A stretch of DNA of 64,000 nucleotides from an uncultured Acidobacteriota bacterium. Lineage in GTDB: Bacteria > Acidobacteriota > UBA6911. The stretch's first letter is position 1, and every line of letters starts with the position of its first letter. The notes beneath the pieces were generated by a model. It ran no database searches and had not been told where the DNA came from. It worked only from the letters and a program-made list of their open reading frames with translations. Location: positions 224,001 to 288,000 of the forward strand of contig CAWEJX010000006.1 in the NCBI GenBank assembly GCA_963809485.1, given 5' to 3'. Shown here piece by piece: positions 20,678 to 36,097 of this stretch. Position numbers and translations under genes: made by a program.

Positions 20678-22100
20678 CTATTCAGGCTGGCGCTGAGGGC
20701 GGCTTTCTTTCTGCAAGTACCGGTCGATGGCACGGGCGGCGCGGCGTCCCTCGGCAATGGCCCAGACCACGAGAGACTGGCCGCGGCGCATATCCCCGGC
20801 CGCGAAAATTCCCGGCACCGAGGTCCTGTAGTCCTCATCGGCGGCTACGTTTCCGCGCGAATCCATCGCTACGCCTGACTGCCCCAGCATTTCGTCGGAG
20901 GCCGGACCGGTAAATCCCATCGCAAGCAGAACGAGGTCGACTTCAAGGACCAGTTCGGTTCCAGGGATCGGCTCGAACGCGGGCGGCGGCCCCACATGGA
21001 TTGCGTGCAGCCGGGTTACGCGGCCCCCGTCGCCGCTGAAGCGCGTGGTGGCTATTCCCCATTCTCGCGTGCCGCCTTCTTCATGGGAAGCTTCGGTCCT
21101 CAGCATCAACGGCCACAATGGCCAGGGAGTCTGGGGCGCGCGTTCGGCCGGCGGAAGCGGGAGGATTTCAAACTGATGGACCGACAAAGCCCTCTGCCGC
21201 AGGGCTGTGCCGAGGCAGTCCGCGCCCGTATCCCCTCCGCCCAGAATCGCGACCCGTTTGCCTGTCGCAAGAATCTCCTGCTTTGCGTCCACGCGTTCCC
21301 CCGCGCCGCGGCGGTTCTGCTGGGTCAAAAAGTCCATGGCAAAGTGTATGCCGCTCAATTCGCGGCCCGGCACCTTGAGGTCGCGCGGCCGCTCGGATCC
21401 TCCGGCGAGCAGCATTGCATCAAATTTCCTTCTCAACGGTGCAACGGGCAGATCCCTGCCGACACAGGTCTGCGTCTGGAATTCAATGCCTTCCTTGCTC
21501 AGTTGCTCAATCCTTCGGTCCAGGGCATCTTTCTCGAGCTTGAAATCCGGGATGCCGTACCGCAGCAGACCTCCAACCCTGTCCGCCTTTTCAAAAACCA
21601 CCACGGTGTGGCCGGACCGGTTGAGCTGCTGCGCCGCCGCAAGGCCTGCGGGCCCGGATCCGACGATGGCCACGCGTTTGCCTGTGCGGTACTCGGGCGG
21701 TTCCGGTCGGATCCAGCCTTCGCGGAAGGCGCGCTCGACGATCGCATCCTCAATGCACTTGATGGTGACGGCCGGATCGTTGATTCCGAGCACGCACGAG
21801 GCTTCGCAAGGCGCAGGGCAAACCTTTCCCGTGAATTCGGGGAAATTGTTCGTCGTGTGCAGCGCACGGATGGCGTTTTGCCAGCGGTCCCGGTAGACCA
21901 TATCATTCCAGTCGGGAATGAGATTGTTCAGCGGACATCCGGATTGACAGAAGGGCACCCCGCAGTCCATGCAGCGGGCGCCCTGGATCCGGAGCTTTTC
22001 TTCCGGGAAAGGAAGATACACCGGGAAAAAATCCTGGGTGCGCTCCCGGGTTGGCCGTTTCCCGGGTGTCTCCCGCTCATACTCCATGAATCCTGTGACT

Positions 22101-22108
<8 letters not shown>
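20678..22108 (-). CDS. gltD: Glutamate synthase small subunit
   Basis: [56 protein letters not shown]. Confidence 0.97.
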
Positions 22109-26642
<4,534 letters not shown>

Positions 26643-27011
26643 CGGAGCGACACCTTTCCTCGCGGGGGCATGTCCAATCCTCCCCGCGCCAAATGTCTGT
26701 ATTTAGTTTGGTAAGAGTTATTGCTTCCCGCGCTCCGAAAAACGGTAAATGCTTTTCGGGCAAAATTCAATAGCAGATTCGGCGCCGGCAATTCGGGCTA
26801 TAGTAATGGTTACCCGCCAGTTTTGCTGAAGGACTCACGGGCTTCGATGGCTTCAGAATCCTGTAACGCTGACAAACGCCGATAAAAGCGCTGGTGAGCG
26901 CTGCCGACTGGTTTTCAGTCCTTTTAACTGCTTTGATTTTTTTGTGGCCCGGAGGCAATGCTAATAAAATGGATTTCGAAAGCTTAACAACTCGATCAAT
27001 GGGGAATCGCC

Positions 27012-27407
27012 ATGCAATCTCTTTCTGTTCGCACCCAAACTCACACTCAGTTTCTGGACATCACCCGTGAAGTCCAGTCTGCGGTCAGCAATCTCAAGAT
27101 TAAGAACGGGATCGTCACTTGTTTTGTCCCTCACACTACCGCCGGAATCACTATCAACGAGAACGCCGATCCCGACGTTACCGCTGATATCGCGGCAGCG
27201 CTGGAAAAGGCAGTGCCGTGGCGGGGAGACTATGGCCACTCCGAGGGCAATGCTGCCGCGCACGTCAAGGCAAGCATGATGGGATCATCGGTTCAAATCA
27301 TTGTTGAAAATGGCCGGCTGCAGCTGGGAACCTGGCAAGCTGTCTATTTCTGCGAATTCGATGGACCCCGCTCCCGCAATATCTGGATTCTGGGCACCGA
27401 GGCGTAA
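27012..27407 (+). CDS. yjbQ: YjbQ/UPF0047 family protein
   Basis: HTTAGITINENADPDV, HSEGNAAAHVK, LGTWQAVYFCEFDGPR. Confidence 0.92.
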   Translation: MQSLSVRTQTHTQFLDITREVQSAVSNLKIKNGIVTCFVPHTTAGITINENADPDVTADIAAALEKAVPWRGDYGHSEGNAAAHVKASMMGSSVQIIVENGRLQLGTWQAVYFCEFDGPRSRNIWILGTEA

Positions 27408-27548
27408 GCATTGATGCTTCAAAAAAGCCAACCCGTCAATTCAAATTATTGGATTTACCGGTCCTTTGGCACCGTTTGTGGTGTTGAATGACTTGTATAA
27501 ATTATTGTAATAAATCAACTTAATCTTATAAGCCAAACAGGGCAGAAT

Positions 27549-27564
27549 TGGCATGGAATATGCT
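27549..27564 (+). promoter_or_regulatory. Putative sigma-54 (-24/-12) promoter with no downstream ORF
   Basis: TGGCATGGAATATGCT: GG-N10-GC spacing, preceded by an AT-rich tract. Confidence 0.5.
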
Positions 27565-27864
27565 TACTAGCATTACTGGAATTTCCCGTAATCCAAGCTC
27601 TGGCCCTGAAAGCGAGGCTTTTGTGTTTGGGAGTCTTTCGTGGACCCTTCCCACGATGCCAGGGATCTCTTAAACATGGGGCACAAATCCGGGGCCGGGC
27701 TTGGCTGGAAATAGCCAAATCCGCAAGGTTTTCCTCCACACAGAAACGCTGCCAATTGGAAGCATTAATATCCTGGATTTATTAGAGATAGCGCTGGTGT
27801 AGGAAAGGCAGCGACCGCCAATACTGAACCTCAGCCTGATGCCAATCCTCCGGGTATATCCTGC

Positions 27865-28824
27865 CTACTTTATTTCGGTGAAAATCTGGATGTAGGCGTC
27901 TTCTTTGATCTGGGCGATATATCGCTGCAATTCGGGATTGAATTTTTTCTCATACAACCGGTTCTTGATTTCGTTCCTGACCTCGTCCAGAGGACGCACG
28001 TAGGCGAGCTTCCGCGTGTCAACCCGATATATCACGTAGCCGTCCTTTATTTTCTGGGGCTTGGAGATGTCGCCATCTTTAAGGTTGGCAATAGCTTTGA
28101 CAGTGTCGGGATTGAGCTTGGCCAAAACGTATGTGCCGATGCTGCCTCCTTTGCCGGCAGTCGGCCCCTTGGAGTATTGGCTGACGACGGCAGTAAAGGA
28201 TTCTCCCTGCTGCAGGCGCTTGTACAGGTCGTTGGCTCGATTCTCGGCAGCCCGGTCGTCTCCGTCGCTGTTGAGAACGATCTCGCTGAGAGTTACATCC
28301 TCCGGGGTTGTGAATTCCGCGGCATTATCCTTATAAAATTTCTCGATTTCCGGTGCGAGCAGCGTGATCCTTGAGCCCACGAATTCCCCGATCAGGTCGT
28401 TGGTGATGATCTGCTTCCGAAGCTGCTCGCGAAAGTCCCTAAGCGTAAGTCCCTGCTGTTCCAGTGCATTGGACAACTGATCCGTTTCCGTGAAGCCGTT
28501 TTCCTTCATGATCTGCTGCACGTAGGACGAAACCCTGGATTCCACGTTGGCATTGAAGCCGAGTTCCATGGCTTTCTGATAGAGCAGCTTTTGCTGGATC
28601 AGACCGTCCAGGGTCTGCTGCTCCGCCCGTTTCAGCACTTCTGCCAGTTGATCTCCGGTGTATTTGGCGGCAAGTTCGCGGCGTATCTGTACCATTTCCC
28701 GGTTGAGTTCGGACAGGGTGATAATTTCATCATTGACCTGGGCGACAATCCGGTCCACCGTTTTGGCCCGGGCACTACTGAAAAAAAACAGGATGGCTGG
28801 GAGTATCCATACAATCTTTTTCAT
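27865..28824 (-). CDS. SurA-like parvulin peptidyl-prolyl isomerase
   Basis: Signal peptide MKKIVWILPAILFFFSSARA; VDRIVAQVNDEIITLSEL; GESF..YSKGPTAGKGGSIG; directly downstream of mfd. Confidence 0.88.
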   Translation of the reverse strand: MKKIVWILPAILFFFSSARAKTVDRIVAQVNDEIITLSELNREMVQIRRELAAKYTGDQLAEVLKRAEQQTLDGLIQQKLLYQKAMELGFNANVESRVSSYVQQIMKENGFTETDQLSNALEQQGLTLRDFREQLRKQIITNDLIGEFVGSRITLLAPEIEKFYKDNAAEFTTPEDVTLSEIVLNSDGDDRAAENRANDLYKRLQQGESFTAVVSQYSKGPTAGKGGSIGTYVLAKLNPDTVKAIANLKDGDISKPQKIKDGYVIYRVDTRKLAYVRPLDEVRNEIKNRLYEKKFNPELQRYIAQIKEDAYIQIFTEIK

Positions 28825-28883
28825 CGGACGTTCTCCTGCAACGGCTATAACCCCCTTCGTATCATGCATAACCATACCAAACT

Positions 28884-29036
28884 GAATGACGAATTACGAA
28901 TGACGAATTGCGAATTGCCTTCACACATCCCTCCTCGCGCCCCGGATTGGATTCATGAGCGTGCTATTTCCCTTGTCACCCATTTGGGGAACTCAACGGT
29001 TTGTCATTCGTAATTCGTAATTCGTAATTCGTAATT
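28884..29036. repeat. Inverted pair of heptamer tandem arrays
   Basis: (GAATKRC)x5 at 28884-28918 and (GTMATTC)x~5 at 29003-29036. Confidence 0.85.
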
Positions 29037-29038
29037 TT

Positions 29039-32000
29039 CTACAGGCGGATCTCCATCAGGATTTTGTCGATCGCGCTGAAAAGCTCGGGCGGCGGAAGCT
29101 CAGGCACGTCGAGCGTGAGCAGGCCCTGCGGGGAGAAGGTGGCGCGTTTGTTGCGCATCACCAGTTTCATCAGCTTCTCCGCGCTGACTTTTGAATGATC
29201 CACAAAACGGAAGAATACCTGATTTTTGTTTTTTTCCACCGACTGAATTTGGAGTGCGAGCGTTTCCTGTCTCAAACGGGCGTAGCGGAAGAGGTTCTCC
29301 ACCGGATCGGGATACTGTCCAAACCGATCCACCATCTCCCGCCGCAGCGCCTCCAGATCTTCGTCGGTCGAGGCTGACGAGATCCGTTTGTACATCCTCA
29401 GCCGCTGGCCCGAATCGGCGATGTAGGTCTCCGGGATTCGAATATCGAGGTTGAGGTTGATGCTTGTGGATATCTCCTCTTCGGTTTTTTCTCCGCGCAG
29501 TTCCTCCACTGTGCGTTCGAGCAGCTGGCAATAAAGGTCAAAACCGACAGCCTCGATATGCCCGTGTTGCTCCCCGCCCAGGAGGTTGCCGGCCCCGCGA
29601 ATCTCGAGGTCCAGCGCCGCGACCCGGAAACCGGTTCCCAGGTCGCTGAATTCGCGTATGGCTGCCAGCCGCTTGCGCGCGACCTCGGAAAGTGCTTCAT
29701 CCGAGGGGATGAGGAGGTAGGCATAGGCGCGGCGGTCGCTGCGGCCCACCCGTCCGCGCAACTGATACAGCTGGGCCAATCCGTAAAAATCAGCGCGATC
29801 AACGATGATGGTATTCACCCTGGGAATGTCCAGTCCATTCTCGATGATGGTGGTTGCCACCAGAACGTCCAGTTCATCCTGGACAAATTTCAGCATGATT
29901 CGTTCCAGTTCGCGCTCGTTCATCTGGCCATGAACAACGCCGATCCTGGCTTGCGGAACGAGCTGCTGGACTTTGGCGGCCACGGTGTGAATGGTCTCCA
30001 CACGGTTATGCACGTAATAAACCTGCCCGTTGCGCGCCAGCTCCATCTCTATTGCCGACCGCACGACATCGGAGCTGTACTTGAGAACGGAGGTCTGGAT
30101 GGCGAGCCGGTTCTTGGGCGGGGTTTCAATCGTCGACATGTCCCGCAAACCGAGCAGCGCCATATTCAGCGTCCTGGGGATGGGAGTGGCGGTGAGAGTC
30201 AGGACATCGACACGGGTCTTCAGGGCTTTGAGGCGCTCCTTGTGAGAGACGCCGAAGCGCTGTTCTTCATCCACGACCACGAGGCCCAGGTCCTTGAACG
30301 CCACGTCTTTGGACAGGAGCCTGTGCGTCCCCACAATCACGTCGATGCGGCCCATCTCGAGGTCCTCGATCACCTGCTTCTGCTCCTTGGGGCTGCGGAA
30401 ACGGGAAAGGAGCTGAATGTGCACAGGAAACGCCGTGAAGCGCTGCCGGAAGGTATTGTAGTGTTGAAAGGCAAGGACGGTCGTGGGGGCGAGCACCGCT
30501 GCCTGCTTGCCGTCCATCACAGCCTTAAAAACTGCGCGCATGGCAACTTCGGTCTTGCCGTATCCTACATCCCCGCACAGCAGCCGGTCCATCGGGCGCG
30601 CAGCCTCCATGTCGGATTTGACGGCCGCGAGCGCATCCGTCTGATCCCGTGTCAGTTCGAATTCAAAGGCGTCCTCGAATTCCTGTTGCCATGCGGTGTC
30701 TGCAGAGAAGGCAACGCCGGGAACCGTCTGGCGCTGGGCGTAAAGCTTCAGAAGCTCTTCGGCCATATCCCGCATGGATTTCTTGATTCGGGTTTTGGTG
30801 CGGGCCCAGCTTGTGCCGCCCAGCCGGTCCAGGGCAGGGCGCGTCCCGCCCATGCTGCTGTATTTTTGGATCAGATCGAGACGTTCGACCGGGACGTACA
30901 GCCGTGCGTCGTCCTGATAGCTCAGCAGCACAAACTCCCTGGCGCCATCCTGGAGGCCGATGGTTTTCAGGCCGTTGAACAGCCCGATGCCGTGGTCGAC
31001 ATGAACGACGTAGTCTCCCGGCTTGAGGTCCCGGAAATCGGAGATGAAAAGGTGCCGCTGGGCTGCCTTTATCTTTTTGTGACCTGCCGCGACATCGTCC
31101 TCGTCGAAAACATCCGGGCCGGCAAGGACGCGCAGGTTTGTGGCGGGGAGGAAGAAGCCGGACTGCAGGCTGCCGACTCCCAGCAGGACCGCATCCGAGT
31201 CAGCCGGGCCGGCGGGCGTTTCCTGTCCTCCGCTACGGCACAGATGCGCGGGAATTTCGTATTCCTTTAAAATATCGTTCATGCGTTCCGCGCGGCCCAG
31301 GTTTGAAAAAATGAATACGATTTTTTCTCCCTGGCTGCGGAACTTGTTCAGGTCCCCGGCGAGCTCCCGTATGTTGCCATGGTATTTCCGCGTGGATTGC
31401 GAAGAGAGATAAACCGACGAAGAAACCGGATCTGAAACGCCGAGCTCCTCGATTTCCAGGCGCGGGAACCGGTCCAGAGAGTCTTTGAACTCCTCAGCCG
31501 TGAGATAAATCTGCTGGGGCGAAAGCACAGGCTTATGCGCTTCCACGCGATCCAGGAAACGCTCATAGAGTTCCGAATGGTGTTTGACGAGGCCGCCCTC
31601 CAGGACTTCGCGTTCCAGAACAATCAGGCGGTACCCCGTCAGGTAATCAAATAGGGTCTTTTCCAGCGGATCGACTGCCGGCAGCAAAAACTCGAAGGCC
31701 GGAAACAGCTCGCCCTGCCGGGCAAGCCCGAGTTCCTCCTCCAGGTGAGGCAAAAAGGGTGAGCTCCAGAGGGAAGGGACCTTGTCAGCCCACTGCTGCA
31801 GCAAACTGCGCCTGAAGCAGTACTCTCGCATCGGGACGATCTCGACACTCCGGACCGTATCGACGGAGCGCTGGGAGTCGACATCGAATACGCGTATGGA
31901 TTCGATGCGGTCGCCGAAAAATTCCAGGCGAACAGGTTTTTCCAGGTGGGGTGGGAAGACGTCGAGTATGCCGCCGCGGAGCGAAAACTCTCCCGGATCG

Positions 32001-32530
32001 GTCACCGGATCGTCTTCCACGTATCCGGACTCGAACAAATGGTCCCGTATCATGTCCGGCGACATATCCTCGTCATGCTTCAGCATGAGGCAGTAATTGA
32101 GAAAACGCTCGGGAGCATGCAGGCGGACCGAGGCGGCTCTTGCTGAAGCCACAAGGACTGTAGGGCTGTCCTGCAGAAGCTGCCAGATGGCGCGTGCGCG
32201 GGCAGCGGCGACCTCCTGGTGAGGGGACAGGCCGCGATAGGGATCCACCTCGAGGTCCGGCAACTGAACAATCGGGAAGGAAGACGGCGCAAGCAGATCG
32301 ATATAAAACTGGAGTTCCCGGGTGAGATTATGGGCTTCCTGGCTCGAGGGGGCGAGGACAGCAACCGGCCGGTTGAGGCTCAGGATTGCTTTGGCGACCG
32401 CCAGGGCTTTGGCCCCTCCTGCCGCCCCGGACAATGTGAGCAGACGTTGGCCCTGACCGAGCTTCGTTGCCAGTTGCTGCAGGGCGCCGCTTTCCGCTGC
32501 AGCCTCGAATGTCCGTTTCAACTGATGCAC
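29039..32530 (-). CDS. mfd: Transcription-repair coupling factor
   Basis: RGGILDVFP, GDYVVHVDHGIG, CGDVGYGKTEVA, DEEQRFG, QLRGRVGRS, TRCF C-terminus. Confidence 0.98.
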   Translation of the reverse strand: MHQLKRTFEAAAESGALQQLATKLGQGQRLLTLSGAAGGAKALAVAKAILSLNRPVAVLAPSSQEAHNLTRELQFYIDLLAPSSFPIVQLPDLEVDPYRGLSPHQEVAAARARAIWQLLQDSPTVLVASARAASVRLHAPERFLNYCLMLKHDEDMSPDMIRDHLFESGYVEDDPVTDPGEFSLRGGILDVFPPHLEKPVRLEFFGDRIESIRVFDVDSQRSVDTVRSVEIVPMREYCFRRSLLQQWADKVPSLWSSPFLPHLEEELGLARQGELFPAFEFLLPAVDPLEKTLFDYLTGYRLIVLEREVLEGGLVKHHSELYERFLDRVEAHKPVLSPQQIYLTAEEFKDSLDRFPRLEIEELGVSDPVSSSVYLSSQSTRKYHGNIRELAGDLNKFRSQGEKIVFIFSNLGRAERMNDILKEYEIPAHLCRSGGQETPAGPADSDAVLLGVGSLQSGFFLPATNLRVLAGPDVFDEDDVAAGHKKIKAAQRHLFISDFRDLKPGDYVVHVDHGIGLFNGLKTIGLQDGAREFVLLSYQDDARLYVPVERLDLIQKYSSMGGTRPALDRLGGTSWARTKTRIKKSMRDMAEELLKLYAQRQTVPGVAFSADTAWQQEFEDAFEFELTRDQTDALAAVKSDMEAARPMDRLLCGDVGYGKTEVAMRAVFKAVMDGKQAAVLAPTTVLAFQHYNTFRQRFTAFPVHIQLLSRFRSPKEQKQVIEDLEMGRIDVIVGTHRLLSKDVAFKDLGLVVVDEEQRFGVSHKERLKALKTRVDVLTLTATPIPRTLNMALLGLRDMSTIETPPKNRLAIQTSVLKYSSDVVRSAIEMELARNGQVYYVHNRVETIHTVAAKVQQLVPQARIGVVHGQMNERELERIMLKFVQDELDVLVATTIIENGLDIPRVNTIIVDRADFYGLAQLYQLRGRVGRSDRRAYAYLLIPSDEALSEVARKRLAAIREFSDLGTGFRVAALDLEIRGAGNLLGGEQHGHIEAVGFDLYCQLLERTVEELRGEKTEEEISTSINLNLDIRIPETYIADSGQRLRMYKRISSASTDEDLEALRREMVDRFGQYPDPVENLFRYARLRQETLALQIQSVEKNKNQVFFRFVDHSKVSAEKLMKLVMRNKRATFSPQGLLTLDVPELPPPELFSAIDKILMEIRL

Positions 32531-32596
32531 GTGATAACCAGTCGCTATTTCCGATCTTCCGGCCTCCAGCCCCTTTGAATCGTGGCCGGCATGGTC

Positions 32597-33112
32597 CTAA
32601 GCTTGCTGCTTGCCTGCCTCCGGCGAGGGCGGTCCGAAACGCCTGAGGATCGTCCGGATTATTTCGGATGTTGAGGCGCCCTCGACCAACGGTATGTTCA
32701 CCACAACACCGCCGGCTTTCTCCACCGTATCGCGGCCAACGATGTCCCGGATGTTCCAGTCGGCGCCCTTGACCAGTACGTCCGGCACAATGGCATCGAT
32801 AATACGTTGCGGCGTCAGGTCCGAAAAAATAAACACGTAGTCGACGCAGGCCAGTGCCGCCAGGACTTCAGCCCTTTCCGACTCAGGCATAACTGGGCGC
32901 GGATCTCCCTTGATCTGCCGGACAGAGCTGTCGCTGTTGAGTCCGACGATCAGCGCGTCCCCCATGGAGCGCGCCCTGTTGAGGTAGCGGACATGGCCGA
33001 TGTGCAGAATGTCGAAGCATCCGTTTGTGAATACAACCTTTTTGCCCGATTTGCTGAACCGGGTGCGCAAAAGAATGATTTCCTCCAGCGTCTTCATCTT
33101 CCGGACGGACAT
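32597..33112 (-). CDS. rfaE2: D-glycero-beta-D-manno-heptose 1-phosphate adenylyltransferase (stand-alone RfaE domain II)
   Basis: [34 protein letters not shown]. Confidence 0.92.
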   Translation of the reverse strand: MSVRKMKTLEEIILLRTRFSKSGKKVVFTNGCFDILHIGHVRYLNRARSMGDALIVGLNSDSSVRQIKGDPRPVMPESERAEVLAALACVDYVFIFSDLTPQRIIDAIVPDVLVKGADWNIRDIVGRDTVEKAGGVVVNIPLVEGASTSEIIRTILRRFGPPSPEAGKQQA

Positions 33113-33286
33113 AGCAGCATTGCAGCATAGCAAATGCACCCATTCTCTACAAGAATGCTGATTTTATGTGCCGGTAAACTCCCGGTTCGGTTGGGGGACT
33201 CACGGGATTTTGCGGCTTCGCTATCCAATAACGCCGGGGTGCGCCGAAAATGAGGTTGATGCACTCGGACTTTTAAACGGATCGCG

Positions 33287-34228
33287 CTATTTTTTGCGGG
33301 CATTGCGGACGAGGACTTCCGATGGCTGCACACCCCTGACGATTATGGCGGCGTCCGCCGGCCGTAGAAGCGCGACTTCGGGTGTGATCCTGGCGGGCAA
33401 CTTGATTTCATTCAGTTTTTGGGATGCCAGGGACACCTTGAAATCAGCAGGACTCAGGTCATTGGCTATTTCCGCGGGAGCGAGCACCTGTACGGCGACC
33501 TGGCTGGGGACCGCTGTATAATCCTCAGTGTCGAAGGATACCGGCACCTTGGCTATTGTGTGCAACTCCCTGCGCGGACCTACCTGTATGTCTACTTGAA
33601 CCGGGCTTCCCAGCGAAGCGCGCACGGATTTTTCCTTGAGATTGAGGCCCACGTAAAAACGGCTGGACTGATTCCGGCCGCTGATAGACACCGGTTCTGT
33701 CGCCACCTCGCGAATCGATTCGACTTTGGCGCGCGGTCCGGTGACGATCAACATCGCAGGTTTTACGAGATTGCCGTAAACCTCGAAATTCGGCAGGGGC
33801 TCCCCCGAGACCGGCACAACCACCGGCACCTCTTTGGAAATAGTGTGTTCCAGGTGCAATTCAACCCGCACGGGACTTACCTGAAGCACTTCAATCCCCG
33901 ATCCCCTGGGGATTTTCACATTATCCGGAGTTAGCGTGATAACGTGCTCCCCTTCTTTGGCGCCCTGCAGGTCGATGATGCAGGTGGGTAGCGGCTGGCT
34001 GAGCCATATGCTGGAAAACGCCGCTCCGCGCATGGTCACTTCAACGGAAGTCAGGCGGTCGTTCGTGATCTCCATGTGGCGCGGCACCTGCACCTCCAGG
34101 GGAACCGTGACCACTCTTTCGATGCCGGGCTCACCCCGGACAAACAGCCAGAGGATCAAAGCCAGGAGAATCGCCGTGGCTTTGAGGCTCCAGTTTTCCA
34201 GAAGGTATTCCTGAATAAACCGCTTCAT
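33287..34228 (-). CDS. cdaR: CdaR/YbbR-like diadenylate cyclase regulator
   Basis: ENWSLK..LALILWLFV anchor, repeated beta domains; overlaps cdaA stop. Confidence 0.85.
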   Translation of the reverse strand: MKRFIQEYLLENWSLKATAILLALILWLFVRGEPGIERVVTVPLEVQVPRHMEITNDRLTSVEVTMRGAAFSSIWLSQPLPTCIIDLQGAKEGEHVITLTPDNVKIPRGSGIEVLQVSPVRVELHLEHTISKEVPVVVPVSGEPLPNFEVYGNLVKPAMLIVTGPRAKVESIREVATEPVSISGRNQSSRFYVGLNLKEKSVRASLGSPVQVDIQVGPRRELHTIAKVPVSFDTEDYTAVPSQVAVQVLAPAEIANDLSPADFKVSLASQKLNEIKLPARITPEVALLRPADAAIIVRGVQPSEVLVRNARKK

Positions 34229-35040
34229 ACCGCTTCCGGGTGCTGTTCGGCCCTATGGGGCAACCGGGTGACGGGCTTGCCCTCCATGGCATTCTGGAGA
34301 GCCGAGCGGAGGCCCGCACCGTCCAGATCCCGAGTAATCGTGCCCCCGATGGCCAGGGAAATAGTGCCGGTTTCTTCCGATACGATGATGGTGGCGGCGT
34401 CGGTCTCCTCGGTAATGCCTATGGCAGCCCTGTGTCTCGAGCCCATCTCCTTGCTGAGGTATGGATCCAGCGTGAGCGGCAGAAAGCATCCCGCAGCGAC
34501 AATCCGGTTGCGCTGCACAATGACGGCGCCATCGTGAAGAGGGGTATTCGGGCTGAAAATGGTGACCAGGAGATCGTAGGTCAGCACCGCATCGAGGGCA
34601 ATCCCGCTCTCGATATAATTCTTTAATCCAATATCCCGCTCCAAAACGATCAGGGCGCCGATCTTCTTGGACGCCAGAGTGGTGGCTGCCAAAACGATTT
34701 CATCAAAGCCGTCCTTGCCGCGGCGGTGAAAGGGATCCCAGAAGGATGTCTTTCCGATATTGGCCAGCCCCCGCCTGATTTCACTCTGGTACAGGACGAT
34801 GATGGCAAAAACGATATAGGTAAGGGCGTTGGACAGCAGCCACTGAACAGCTGTCAAGCGATAAAACCGCGTTACCCAGAAAAACAGCAGCAACATCACG
34901 ATGCCGAAAGTCATCTGGACGGCCCGCGTGCCGCGCATCAGCAGCAGAAAACGGTAAATGATGTACGCGACCAGCGCGATGTCGATGAGGTCGCGGATGG
35001 AAAACGGAGTGAATTGTATGAAACCCGGCATCGATTCCAT
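34225..35040 (-). CDS. cdaA: Diadenylate cyclase CdaA
   Basis: Three TM segments, GTRAVQM, PLHDGA, GSRHRAAIG, VSEETG; start at MESMPG (the longer ORF is a shadow of folP). Confidence 0.95.
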   Translation of the reverse strand: MESMPGFIQFTPFSIRDLIDIALVAYIIYRFLLLMRGTRAVQMTFGIVMLLLFFWVTRFYRLTAVQWLLSNALTYIVFAIIVLYQSEIRRGLANIGKTSFWDPFHRRGKDGFDEIVLAATTLASKKIGALIVLERDIGLKNYIESGIALDAVLTYDLLVTIFSPNTPLHDGAVIVQRNRIVAAGCFLPLTLDPYLSKEMGSRHRAAIGITEETDAATIIVSEETGTISLAIGGTITRDLDGAGLRSALQNAMEGKPVTRLPHRAEQHPEAV

Positions 35041-35120
35041 CAGTCCGATTCTTTTTCCAAAAGCTCGGGCATCCCGATGTGACTGAGAGGACGGTTCTTC
35101 ATGGGCCGTCCGGTTTTTTG

Positions 35121-35999
35121 CTAGGCCGTTTTTCCGGCTCTGACGATGACATCCGTAACGTCGGCGATTTCCCGCATTGCCGCGACGTCGTGTACGCGCA
35201 CGATATGCGCTCCAAAGATAATGGATGCCGCAACCGTGGCGCCGGTTCCCAGAACCAGCTCGCTGGCGGGCTTTTTTGTGATCGAGCCTATAAAAGACTT
35301 TCGCGACGTCCCCATCAGGATGGGGAAGCCGGCCGCAGCGAGGCGGTCCAGGTTTCTGATAATTTCTATGTTCTGAGCGGCGGATTTCCCAAATCCAATG
35401 CCCGGATCCATAATGATCGAGTCTGAAGATATCCCGAAGTCTCGTGCTCGGGCAACCGCTTCCTGCGCCCAGATCTCGATGTCCTTCAGGATATCCGCGC
35501 TTGGGGGGAGCACCTGCATGTTCCTCGGTTCGCCCCGCATGTGCATGAGGATCACGGCCGCCCTGTATCTGGATGCCGCCATCCCCAGTCCGGGATCTTT
35601 CTGCAGCGAGGTGATGTCGTTGATAATCGAGGCTCCGCGCTCCAGGGCCTCTTCGGCAACGCGCCCTTTTGACGTGTCTACGGAGACCGGGATGGGGTAC
35701 TTGCCGTTCAGCGCGAGTGCCTCCAGTGTCGGCAGCACGCGCTCCAGTTCCTCCTCTTCGCTGACTCCGAGCGACCCGGGACGCGTCGATTCGCCTCCGA
35801 TGTCGAGGATATCCGCTCCCTCTTCGGCAACCTGCCATGCCCGGTCGACAGCCGCCTGAGGGGTGAAGTATCGTCCCTGATCTGAAAAGGAGTCCGGCGT
35901 GACGTTGAGTATGCCCATGATCAGCGTCCGGTCGCCCAGCTCCAAAACCCTGTCTCTGGCTTTGACTTGGAAGGATTTCCGGGAAAATGATTCAGGCAT
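35121..35999 (-). CDS. folP: Dihydropteroate synthase
   Basis: MGILNVTPDSFSD, DIGGESTRPG, DPGIGFGK, GTSRKSF, VRVHDV. Confidence 0.97.
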   Translation of the reverse strand: MPESFSRKSFQVKARDRVLELGDRTLIMGILNVTPDSFSDQGRYFTPQAAVDRAWQVAEEGADILDIGGESTRPGSLGVSEEEELERVLPTLEALALNGKYPIPVSVDTSKGRVAEEALERGASIINDITSLQKDPGLGMAASRYRAAVILMHMRGEPRNMQVLPPSADILKDIEIWAQEAVARARDFGISSDSIIMDPGIGFGKSAAQNIEIIRNLDRLAAAGFPILMGTSRKSFIGSITKKPASELVLGTGATVAASIIFGAHIVRVHDVAAMREIADVTDVIVRAGKTA

Positions 36000-36097
36000 A
36001 ATGGTAGAACCGGTCCAAATGGAACCACGAAATGCACGGAAAAAATACTCTGGCCCTTTGAGGGGTGAGTTCGTGGCCGCTTTAATGGTAATCCGGC

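Noticed and set aside
35041-35838. 537-aa extended CdaA (and similarly the 459-aa HemB from 39473)
   Set aside because: Extensions overlap folP or tilS and look non-coding; family similarity begins at 35040 and 39881
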